From the NCBI GenBank assembly GCA_012295275.1, contig CM022674.1, forward strand, positions 7,254,001-7,318,000: a stretch of DNA of 64,000 nucleotides. The letters run 5' to 3'. Both the position numbers and the translations under genes were made by a program. Source of the stretch: Chrysomallon squamiferum (Eukaryota > Animalia > Mollusca). Below, one piece after another: positions 14,955-28,400 of this stretch (position 1 is its first letter; the number at the start of each line of letters is the position of its first letter). The notes under the pieces were generated by a model. That model saw nothing but the letters and a program-made list of their open reading frames with translations, had not been told where the DNA came from and did no database searches.

Positions 14955-17900
14955 TAATTTTGGTAAAATAAATGAAAACAAATTATATATAAAAATAAAA
15001 TAAATCAAATAAACTAAAATTAATTTAGGACAGTTTATTTATAAATAGTGAAAACTGACAAGTAAATTTTTAACTTAACGTAAAAGAAAAGTAGACATAC
15101 TGATTATGTAAAATGAATGAAAAAATAAACAAATAAAATGAACAGTATACTTACTCTCTGCATGTGGTTGAAGTTGGCATGTAACTTTTTAATGGTTGCT
15201 GTGTCTGCCTGGTCCGTTGTCTCTGGAGCTTTCAGTCGACTTCGGCGTTTCATCAACACCGGGTCATCTTCCTCGTCAGCTATTGACGTACCCTGAAAAA
15301 CACCACAGAAAATTACAAATATCTGATTAATTACGATTAAAGGGAATATAATTAGTAGAAACATCTATGAAATCTGTGATGTACTGCAATATTTTTGTAT
15401 ACATTAAGTAAACAAATCTATACAGGCTGAGTTACTTTTACAATGAAAACTCAATGCAGATTGTCTTATTAACTAGCAGAAAGAACATTTTATTTGCACC
15501 TTCCCAAGAAGACAGATCTGATAAATCAAGTTTGGGTTAGAAAAGGAAAAGATTCAGACTACTAAATGTTTACAGAATGATACCCTTTAAAAACAAATGA
15601 TATGTAGTAACCAAGAGGGTTACACCTTAACATTCACACTGATGGGAATATAATTAGTAGAAAGACCTATGAAATCTGTGATGTACTGCAATATGTTGTG
15701 TACATTAAATATAAAAATCTATGCAGACTGAGTTACTTTTACAATGTAAGACCAGTTAACATTATAGACACAGAAAGAATACAAATCTGCAGGCTGAGTT
15801 ATTTTATTTTAGAATGATGCACATTAATTGCACTATGTAGACACTAAGTATAAAAAAAATGCAGACCAAGTTACTGTCTTTGATAATGACACACATTAAA
15901 TGTATACATGTTAAAATAGAGGAGAAGAAATGAAACACACCGATACCATGTCCACATTAAGCATAAAAAAACTACAACAACCGCTTCACTTACTTTGAGA
16001 ATGACGCACATTAACACAGTGTATCTCTGGTTGGTAATGTTGTGTTTGTTCATCACCTTGGTGATCATTGGGATGAAGATGGTGTACTTGTGACCCAGCT
16101 GCTGTACCAGGGAACACAGCGTTGCCATGCAGGTGTTGTGAAGCTGGGGCGTGGTGTCCAGGGTGCGGGCCAGTGGGTGGATGATGCGAGAGGCATAGTC
16201 AGTCAAATCTAGAGTGTCAGTCAGACGATCAATGGTTTCTAATGCCATTCTGAAACAGAGAGAAAGTTAATCAATAAATTATTTTTATTATTATTATTTT
16301 GTGCATAACACCAGATTAATGAGATGTTCTGAAACAGAGAGAAAATTATTAATAAAATTATTTTTATTTTAGTCATTTGGTTTGTAACATCATTCAAGCA
16401 ATAAAGACTAAGGATAATACAAAAACAGATAGTTTGATAAAAAACCACATGTATTCTAGTTTGTGTTATGGATATTTATTCAATACATAAATAGGTGGAA
16501 GGATAAACAGATGGCTGGATGCATGTATGACTGAACAGAGAAACAAATGGGTGGGAAAAAAGGTGGGTGCAAGTATAGATATATGGCTTGATAGATTATG
16601 TCTTAAATAATAATATGAATAGTAACAAAATAGTAATAATAATAAATAAATAAATAAATAACAGTCACAATGGCATTTTACCTTCTGACTGAGATAGGAA
16701 TATCCTGTGTATCAAACAGTTTGACAACTGGTGGCAGTAACAGATGAAGATAATCATCCAGATTAGCACCAAACAACTGCAGAGCATTCAGCAGCTGAAA
16801 GAATTTTTGTTAAAAAAATGAATTATTAAATATTTTAGAAGATAAAAAAAAAATGAAGATCTGGACACACAGATGCACCCACACAAACAGAGAGACAGAC
16901 AAAGAGATAGAGAGAGTGATATTTTCTTTGTTTTTTACAAAATGATGAAACAAAAATAACATGATAAAAGGACTAGGTGAAAGTGAAAAATAGAGAATGA
17001 ACAAAAGAGTGAACGGCACAATGAACATAAAATAAGTGTTACAAAAAAAAAAGACAAGTTACAAGAAAATGATAAAGAAAACAGTGGAGAAAAACAGAAA
17101 AAGAAAGAGACTGACCAATGGTCAATAAAATCTAACCTTTGCAGTGACCACTCTCTCTTTGCTGGTGTCATGCATGAACACACGAAGTATCTGTGGAACA
17201 ATCTGCGGCAGAAACACACGGAATTCTGTACCAAGAGCATTGACAATCTGTTCTATTAACAGAATTATCGTGTTCTGCATTGGACTGTTGGGAGTCCAGA
17301 ATTCCTGTAAATAAAAGCAGTACATTTCATAATGAATTGACATCTCAACATCTGTTAATTATTTATATTTAATATTTATTGTATATATCTATCAAATATA
17401 TATTTTGTCTTATGATGATACTGAGAGCAATTTCACTGGCCTGACTCCATGATGCTGGTCTAAATGAAAGAAATTCCACTGCTGTTACTCTGTCACACAA
17501 TTTTACAAGGAGGCTTTCAGTAAGGAAAACGCAGCCCATGATCTGTGGTAAATCACTCATCATACTGAATGGTACAGAAAGTGTACAAAAATGTAAATAA
17601 AAAAGACACTTACTTTGATTAGAGTGAAGATGTCTTCCAAGTAGTTCTTTATGTGTTGTTTTACAATTGCAATAATGACCCCTAGTTGCTGGAACAGAAA
17701 CTAAGAAAAACAAAACAAAAATAACAAAATAAATAAATAAATAATGACAATAACAACAGTAATATCATGAACAGAACAAAAGAATAAAAAACAATAATCA
17801 AAAAATAAAAACAAAACATTTGTTTAATGATGAATCTCTATATTATCAATGTTAAGGATTACTCCTACTGTTTAGCAGCAGCAGATGTGTTTATATGAAC

Positions 17901-19365
17901 TTTCTCATAGGTAGTGATAAAAACATTAACCTATTCTTTTGATGGAACAAAGCATAAGTAACCTTTAGGTGTGTATGTATGTGTATGTATATGTTTATAA
18001 ACGTGTGTGTGTGTATAACACAACTGTTCACTATAAAATTAAAACAATATGTAAAAGCTCTTTCTTTTCAAATATATACAGTGCAACTACAACTTCTATG
18101 GAAACAGTAAGAGGACACTGACCTCTCTGAAGGTTGGGTCAGCTGACCGGATGACCGTCAGGTAGGCTGGGATGACTTGTTGAATGTACGGCACACATTT
18201 GATGCCAAGACTCTTGAAGATAAACGTTATTGCCTGAACTACCATTGTATGATGTTGTGACAGAGACGGGTCTCGGATTATCTTCATCAGTGTTGCTATG
18301 GCAATAGCAGGGTAGAATTCTTCAATGGTTGATGTGGAGCTCATGTTAGCAAGCATTTCACTTGTGTTCAGATCTGATTATAAATAAAAAAATAAAAAAA
18401 TAAAAATAAATAAAAATAAAATAAAAACGTAATTAAAATTATGATTCATTACATTCATTAATAAATAAATATCAGAATTAAAATAGTACAAATAAAGTAA
18501 AGTGAAAGTAACTATGATAAAAATATAAATTAAAAACATAATTAAAAAATATACGAATACTATTTATATCAACGAATATAAACAACTAAATGAAAATGGA
18601 TAAAGGACAGAAATAATCATTTGAAATCTTTCCTTCTATAAACAGATGATAAACACGCTCTGATTTAAAAAAACTGTGCACAATGTTACAAACAATACTT
18701 TAAGCTTATTAATAATAAAAATGTATATCTGACAATTTTCATTAAAAAAAAAAGAAAGAAAGAAATAAAGAAAAAATCAAATAATAAATAAATGAGGAAA
18801 AAAAAAAAGTAATTTAAAGAGCTAAATAACAAATAAATATAGATACATAACAATATAAATAAATAAATATAAGTATATGAATAAATGAATGAATGAATAA
18901 TGAAAAAATAAATATGTAATTAAACAAATAAACAAAGCTTACCAGACTGACTTGCATCTTTGTCAGACTTGATGTGGTCAGATTTGCTGACCGCTGCCTC
19001 ACTTTCAGATATCAAACCAAGATTAAGTTTGTGTTTGTGAGGATCTAGAGCTCCCAGTAATCCAAGCACCTTGATTACCTGTACAGGTGTAATACGCATT
19101 ATGTTTAATTACACTATATTACTTTGTACGATATTTAATAAAATTATATATGCTGGTATGAATAAAATTTACATAAATAACATAATAAGTATGTTGCTCA
19201 TCCATAAAGGTGTAAAAAATAAAATATTTAATAACAACAAAGAATCTTAAAGACAGATGTAATCTGAATCGAGGAAAATATTTGAATTACATATACAGAC
19301 AAACAGTGAAATTTCTGTATTTAACTTTATGATACAACAAAGGAATAAAACAAAATTAATCATAC

Positions 19366-19405
<40 letters not shown>

Positions 19406-22400
19406 ATTAGAAAGTAAGGAAAGTCAGAGAAAGGAAGAAAAACAACAGGAGTTACTTCGCCTCTTTTTTCTCTATGACATGGAAGAAAAAAACAGTTTAA
19501 AACACTACATACCTCTCTTCGTATGCCTGGAGACTGTTCAGTTTTGAGGAAGTTGAGGAGAACTTCTAAAAGCGATGGATATTTCTTGTAGGGTTCTACT
19601 ACAGAGCCGGTACTCTCAACAAGGTGTCCAAGCGTCCACACTGCAACCTGACAAACATATCGAAAATAGTTTCAGATTCAAACTTAACTTAACACCAGAT
19701 CAAATACAGGATAATCACTTTTAGCACAATAATTAGCACATTCAACAATAAAATCTCACTGTTTCATGCTAGTTTGCACTGCTAATTACAAGATAATGCT
19801 ATTTTATATTCAGTATTAATTTTTATTTTGATATCAAACTTTTAGTATTGTTTTGAACTAATGAATATTTCTTTAAATAACAGTTTAATGTGTCTGGTGG
19901 TTTTTATTGACATATTAAAATGTTGTTAAAAAATGGATGAGTGTGATATAATAAAACCAGTGTTTATTTGTTTAACGTGTTATAGTGGTTGAATGTAATC
20001 AGATGTAAAAACAAACCTCTCGCTTCTGCAGTGATGACGACTCCTGTAACATTTCCAGAATAATGGGAAGTAACTCATCCATCCACTTCCTCATCTCAGT
20101 ACCACTCACCTAAATAAAACATCACATAAATAACTGTAATAAAGTGACTTGAAATTTCTACATCTTTTTATCAATACAAAATATATATACATATTTATAC
20201 ATTCGGTCATCTAAAAACAATAATCAAACCAATATATTCTTATAAGTATAAAATATTTTACATATTAACACATAGTGTCATATAAATACAATAAATTTAA
20301 TAACCAGAACTCATATTTCAACAAATTCTTATAAATGTAAAATATTTTACAGTCTTCTAAATAGAATAATTTTTATTAACTTAACTCAAATTTCAACATT
20401 ATCTTATAAATATGCTTTTTTTTTACATACTAATGAAGACTTTCATCAAAATGTGATAATTTTAATAAAAAAAAAAAACTCAAACTTTAACAGTTTCTTA
20501 ATAGCTAGCCATAAATGAAATAAACTGTCCCTTTTCTCCAGCTATTTAAAAAATTATATATTTTAAGTGAAAACTTCAGGAATATTTGAATTACATGTAT
20601 GGACAAATAGTAAAATTTCTATTTTTTATATTTTATGATATCCATACAACAAAGAAATAAAAAGTGACAGACTGATTTTAATTTAAATATACACACATTT
20701 TATATATTAGAAAGAGAGGAAAGATAGAGAAATTAATAATTATTCTATGGATTTTTGGACAAGTTCAATCAGTTACATGCTTTAATTTATTTCTATAATT
20801 TTTTCCCCCTTCTGCTACATATTAATATTATAGATAACAATGAATGGTAAATAAAACATAGTTCACATCTTTTTATTCACCATAGTAAATAATGATATTT
20901 CATCTGTCATTTTACTTCTGTTATGTAAATACTACATTCTCTACATATTCTCTCTCATTTTAATGTGCTTGAGTTGGCCAATTATGAACTCAGTTTTAAT
21001 CTAGATGAAGTAATTATCAACATAAAACTTTGACTGATGATGCATGAAATAACCAGAAAATTGGTTAAAATTTAAAAAAAGTTAAAGCAAACAAACCTGG
21101 GCCTGTTCTCCAATGGCAGCTAGGACACTGAGAGTCACACTTGGGTTTAGATCAGGCTCCTTCAGCTTAGGAATCAAAGCCTGTACAATAACAATAGTCA
21201 TTAGTAAAAGTTGTTAACAGTCTAATATTATAACTGTCAAAAAACTGAGCTCAAGCCAGATATACAATTTTAAATAATTAGAATATTTATCAGAAACCAT
21301 TTTGTTTGTTTTCCGGTGTATTTTCCATTACTGCATAAAATAATATATCTTTATAATACATCTTAATTTTGAAATATTAACTACTGTAAGCAATTTGAAA
21401 CATGCCTGACAGTGCTCAAAACAGTATGTGTTTTTAAGACATCTAAAACATTTCAAGATATTTATAATTTTTAGCAGTGTGAAACCTGAGAAATACTGTC
21501 ACTGAAACCTAACTGAGATGCTCACTTTGAGGATGGGTTCCATGTAAGGTCTGATGAGTCGAGCAGCGTTGGAAACCAGATGTCCCAGCAGTCTGGCAGC
21601 CTGCTCCTTGTTTCTGCCAATCCCACTGTGTTCCAGTTCTGTCAGGATCTAAATACACACGTCTTCAATTAGAATCTAAGTATCTACAAAGTTATATTTC
21701 TTTTATCCCAAACACTCTCTTAGCCTCTCCCTTCTCTTTCAAGTTTTTTTTTATCATGAATTTTCAAAAAAAGCCACAATAAATCTTTTTTAATATTCCT
21801 TTTTAATGAAAATGAATGTAAATAAAAAAATAAATAAATAAATAAAAATAATAAGAAATAAGAAATTAATAAATACATATCTACAAATATATAAATACTA
21901 GTAAAAAAAATCCAAGCCAAAACTATATATATATATATAAATAAAAATAAATAAATAAAAATATAAATAAATTTAATACCTGAATTAAGACTTTTCTCAA
22001 AGACGGCATTACGTAGGCTGGATTCTTTGAACTCAGTCGACCAATCATACAAATAGCCAGCTCTCGGATCTCAAAGACTTCATCGTTAAGGGCAACAAAC
22101 AGAGCACTGAGATTCTCTGCTTGTGCAAGATGGCTGTCAAATCGCTCATCAAGTGAAGCAAGAACACAAAACCTAATATCAGGATCTACGAAAAAAAAAT
22201 AAATGTTAGAAATATTCAAAAAATATAATAAATATATGTAAATTGAGGAAAGTTTTGAATTAACTGAGATGAACCTGAAAATGTGTAAAAATACTTTGGT
22301 TTATAGTTTCACAATACATAAATATAGAGACACATATTATATATATATCATACTCACATAATTCCTGTTACCACTGGTGTTTTAAGAAATTTAGATACAG

Positions 22401-22417
22401 TGAACACTGAATATTGA

Positions 22418-22463
<46 letters not shown>

Positions 22464-25400
22464 CAACAATAATAATAATAGATACCAGAATCAGTAATCC
22501 CAACAACAAGTAGTTTGTTGAGGACATCAGCTACAGTTGTCATGGCAGCCATGCTCACTGGACCTTGTGATGTTGACAACAGCTGAAAAAATATGAGAAG
22601 AAAATTAAAAAAAAATAATGATAAAAAAAAAATAAACACAAATTTAAGATTGATTCTGAATTAGAACAACCAGACTTTGTCCAATATAATGATAGTAAAA
22701 TGAAATGTGAAAAATTAATGTTTTATCTGTAATAAAGGTGCATTAAAAAACAGAAATAATAAAATAAAATAAATAAATATACAGCTTTTACAAGCAAAGA
22801 AATTTTTGTTTTCAATTTTAACCATTCTTACCTATAATAAAATTAAAGATGTGAAGAAAATTTATAAATATATATTTTTTAAATATTTAAGATAATACCA
22901 ACCCCCCCAAAAAAAAATCCCAAACAACTCTCATCTTTTATGAAGCTATGACTAAAGAAAGAGAAAGAAAATTTACAACAAAAACTTTGAAATCATTGTA
23001 ACTTTTAAAACTATACTGAATAAATAAACTGTTATCACCTGTAACAAAGGTGTGAGAAGTCTGGCACAGGTCTGTACAGCCTCCATTCTGATACCTTTGT
23101 GCTCACTGGACAGGTAGTGATCAGCACAGTGGCGTACAAACTGAGTCAGTGAGTGTCCTGTGAAGTATAAACATTACATTATACTGCATCGTTATACAGC
23201 AGTTTTGTGAAGAAAAGTGTATAATAATAGCAGTAACAAAAATAACAACAACAGTTAATAACATCAATAGTTAATAACAATAATAATATTAGGAAGAAGG
23301 ACAGTAATAATATTTAAAATAAAAAAATAGTAACAATAAAAATAATAAAAATAATAAAAATATTTTTAAAAATAAATATAATAATAATAAATTAAACAGA
23401 AAAGTAATAATAAAAAATAAATATTAAGAATAATAAAATAACTAATATTTAAAAAAAAAATGAATTAAAATAATACCAATAATAATACAGTAATAGTAAT
23501 AATAAACACCAAATCAAGTTACTAATGTCATGATAAAATAATTCCTTATGCCTTTATTTCATCTACATAAAAACAATGAATATATAAATATCAATACAAA
23601 ATAAATCAGTTTGAAAGTAAAAATGTCTCAAATGCTTGTTTTTTTTTCATTTTATTAATGCCATGTAAGTAATTCATTGAGAATTAATTTATTGTTGCAC
23701 ATTCAAATGTTCCAGCAGATTCATAAATATTAGTTTTTCATAGCTGCTATAAAAACAAATACTGCTTTAAAAATAAAGTGAAGACATTGGGGTTTTTAAT
23801 GTATTGTACAACCAACTAATTAGATATTAATATAATGGTGTTGTACCAATAACAAAAAATAAAAAACTATTAGAAAACAACAACAATACCTTCAAAATCA
23901 AAACTTCCAAGAGTTCTGAGAGCAAGACTGATACTGGTGACATCATGTGAGTCTGTCATGCTGACAATCGAGACTGCAAATAACAAAATAATGTTTTTAG
24001 TACAGAGAAATTTTTTAAATTTTGTACATTTATTCATGTAAAAAGGATTAATTTAGTTAATATTAAATTAAATAAATAAAGCGGGTTATTAACTGGTTAA
24101 AATTTAGTGAACTTTGATATTAAATGGAATAAATAAAGAGGTTATTAACTGATTAAAATTTAGGAAACTTTGACTCAGCTTTAATGAAGAAAGGAAGCTT
24201 AAGATGGCTGATGCATTTGATTAAATCAGTATACTAAGGATGGTGTTTATGTTGAAACTTACTTGAAGAAGGGAGAGGAGAGGTGGGTGTCTGTGGAGCT
24301 CCTGGATGCATCAGAGGTTTTCCCATCAGAATGAGAGAGAGATTCTTCAGCAGGCCATCCTGTATGTCTTTCTTCAGTGCTGGAATCTGAGTGGCCAGGT
24401 CTCTCAGTGCTGCTGTCAGTGCAGGGCTGAAAACATAACATAACATAACATAACATAACATAACATAACATAACATAAAAATAACATAACATAGCATAGC
24501 ATAACATAACAAAAAAATAACATAACATAACATAAAAATAACATAACATAACATAACAATATAAAATTACATAACATAACATACACACATAAACATAACA
24601 TACACACATACATACACAAATACACACATATATACATACATACATACATACATACATGCATGCATGCATACATACATGTGTATATATATATATAAAATTG
24701 TCATAGGTGGTTATATAAATATTATATATGTTGACAGGTCAGATGGAAGGATGGATGTTTTCATATATATCTCTAGTGTGTGAATTCTTGAGAAAAAAAC
24801 AGTCCTCCTTTTTCTGAGACAACTTACTCATGAAGATGACTTTTTTATTATTGTTTTATAAAATTATTCTCTAAATCAAAAAATATATTTTTTTTTTTTT
24901 TAAAATAAATACACACATTTCTTGTTCAGTAAAAATAAAGAACCCACTCACCTGAGGCCTGTTGCTAACATGGAATCAAGTAGTTCTCTAATTTCATGTG
25001 TCATTTCAGGACCTACAGCCTTGGCAAGCATGCTGATACAGGTAAAAACAGCAGGTTCGATGACAAAACTGCGATACTTTCTGAAACAAATACACATAAG
25101 TTTAATTTTCTTCTATAATATCAGAAGTAACAGCATTTTCAAGAGAAACAATGCAATGATGTTGATGATCTCAATAATAAATGTTAAATATAAAAAATAA
25201 TAATCAAAATGAATTTGTTGCTAATAAATATTTTTGCTAGAACAAAATGATGATGATAATAATAAACATTATATAAAATTTTGAAATTTCTTTTTTTTTT
25301 TGAACTATGACAATAAAATAGAAAAACAGAAATTTACTATGGCAAACAAGTTTAATAATAATACTACTAATGATAATAGTACAAACAGAAGTAATAATAA

Positions 25401-28400
25401 GAACAATAATGGTAAAAATAATAATAATAATAATAATGGTAAAAAATATTAATAATATGGGATATGTCATATAAACTAACAAAATGTATGTGTCATTATT
25501 TTAAGACAATAATTTAAGACAATTTAACAGTAACAATAACCAAGCTGACAATGACAATTATAACAACAATTGCAACAATAATACCAAAATAAAAAAGCAA
25601 AGTATAAGAACTAAAACTTGTGCAAAAGACAATTACTTTGCAGAAATGTCCTTGGCTGGCAGAGATGCTCGGATGACATCCATAATTCTTGGCAAGAGTC
25701 TGAAAATTTCCCCTGCACTGACAGCGCCAGCAACCCAACAGCATGGAAAGCTTGTGTTCTGTCTTTCTCTCGCTTTAGTGTTGACAGCAAGAAAGACATA
25801 GTATCCAGCAAATATCTGTTAAAACATTAAAAAATGTGTTCCAGTTGTTTAATCTGTTAATGAGTAGGTACACACAGAGAAACAATGGAAACTGTGTAAT
25901 ATGTGTTTTATATTATTTTTATTATAGAGTTCACAATCAGCATAACACATTGTCCAACAAATATCTGTTAAAACATTAAAAATACGTCTCAAAAATGTAT
26001 TCTTTACAAAGCAGAATGCAGGAAGGTCACAAACAAAATATTTATATATATATGTTGATACATACACACACACATCTCTGTTCATTTGTCCATGTGTATA
26101 TGTGTATGTATATGTATGTGTGTGTGTGTGTTCTTGTGCAAGTTATCTGTTGTTTAACAATAAAACATGAAAACTCACATTCTGGAAAATATCTGTGGAT
26201 TAAAGGCAGCCAACCTCGGCAACACCATCAGCAATGTTTGTTGTACATAAACACTGCGGCTTCCTCGATGTTTTAGTATCAGATTACACACCTGAAAAAT
26301 AATTTAAAACTGTACTTAAAAAACCAATATGAAATAAAAGAATTATTTTCAAAACTTAAATTAATAACAATAAATCCAGTATATTTTAACACCTCATTAA
26401 TTTAGAGCATTACAAATTGTTATTTTTAAATATATAAATTTACTTCATAAATATAAACAGACTTGATTTCAGAATAAAATAATCTCTGCTTTTAACCTCA
26501 TTAAATATGTTTGAAATCAATCACTGATTCTTGTGTAGATTTTAGATTTTTTTTTTTTTTTTTTTTTTTATTATTATGCTGAAATTTTTCTACAATTTTT
26601 CATTACAAATAGTATTACAAATAAATTACCTTGTCAAAATGTATAGTCATTAGTTCTTTGCATGTTCGGCTTTCAAAGATTGTTGGCTTTGGACGATATG
26701 ATCTTCCTTCAAGTCCAAATATGGTGAGTGGAGAGAGTTTGTGCTGTAGTTGCTGCAGAGTGGAAATACTTCCCTGTGTCCTCGACTTGGAGGAGATCTC
26801 CTACAACAATACATGAATAAACAAGTTATTTCATATTAATAGTGTTGTTAAGTGGGATAACCAAAAACTGAAAGTCTTTACATACTTTTAAATGTCTTTT
26901 ATTTGTATGATACACCAACATTTTCTAATAATAAAGTGCTGCAGATTTAAGGAATTCCTAGCTCACATTATTGTTTCTTAATAAGTTCACTTATATACAA
27001 AAAAATATGTAAGAAAGAAAAAAGAGAAAGAATTACAAATATTATTTTCAAATTTTTGCCTGTCTTCTTCAATTAGTAGATTATTATATATAATAAATGT
27101 TCTTAGAATTTGTAAAACACATGAAATAATTTATACCTTCACAGTTTTGTCCAGTAAGTTCTGCTGTATTGTAATTTCCTCCATTTCCATTCTTTGTCTC
27201 TGTGAAAATAAAACAAGATATTAAACATTTATTATTTTAATCATAAAAAAAAGTAGTTCATATTTACATCATTATTTGTCTTCCTAAAGTTTTTATTTTG
27301 CATCAGCTGACTGAATAAACATTTATTTAACAAACATGTTTTATTATTCATGAATATTAATTATTAAAACCAGTCATATGGTCAATATTTAAAAACTGAG
27401 TTTATAACAATTACTGAAAAAGGAGAAAGTCTCGAACAGCACATTATTAACAAACATTAATGGTTTACTGGTTTTGTTTTATTGTCTTATCTTAAAATTA
27501 AGTGAACTAAATAGGTTACCTCTCCTTCAACATTACTACATCGGAGCAGCTCGTTGATGATGAGGAGAGATCCATGGATCCAGTCATCTCGTGTCATCTT
27601 CTTCTCACGATGCATACTGTCATCAAACGGTTTCTGAGACTCGTCAAAGCATTGCTGCATGTTGTTAGAAAAATTAAAGTAGTAGTAATAATAACAAGAA
27701 GAAGAAGAAGAAGACGGAAAAGAATAATAACAATAACAACAACAATAATAATTTAATTTAATTTACTTAATTTAATATAATTTAATTACTAATAACAGGT
27801 AAGCAAATAAAAAAAAATTAATAATAAAGAAAAACATACACCTCTTCATTATCAAGGTGGCTATTCCTGTCAGGACATCATGACTAATAGCATGATTACC
27901 AATGTTACTTGAGAGTTCAGATCATTAGCTCCATCTCTCAGGGATTTTTTTATTTACACATGCATGTTTATACACTGCTATGTCTTATCTGTACATCTCA
28001 CCTTGTACCACTGTGACCTCTGTGTGGCCTTGGTCTCTCTCTGTGAGGTCACAGCCAATGCACCACGAAGAGCGGCAACAGCCCCTTCTCGAATTGCTGG
28101 CTGAAAATAAAATAAACAAATAAACAATTTATTTAAATCAAAAACTTGTCTTGAATACAACTGACAAAATATGACAGATACTGACACACATTATGCTAAT
28201 CTGCACATCATCATCAAGAACAACAAGGAAAAAAGTCAGTTTATGCAGAAATTGTCATCAAATATGCTAATATAAATAATGATATTTTATATCAATTTCA
28301 TAATTTTAATAAAGTCTTAGGACTAATTTCATTTCTTTTCTTTTGAGTCTTGGATGCTTTTTGTTAGTTATGAACTAGAGAAGCAATGCTGTCCATAACA

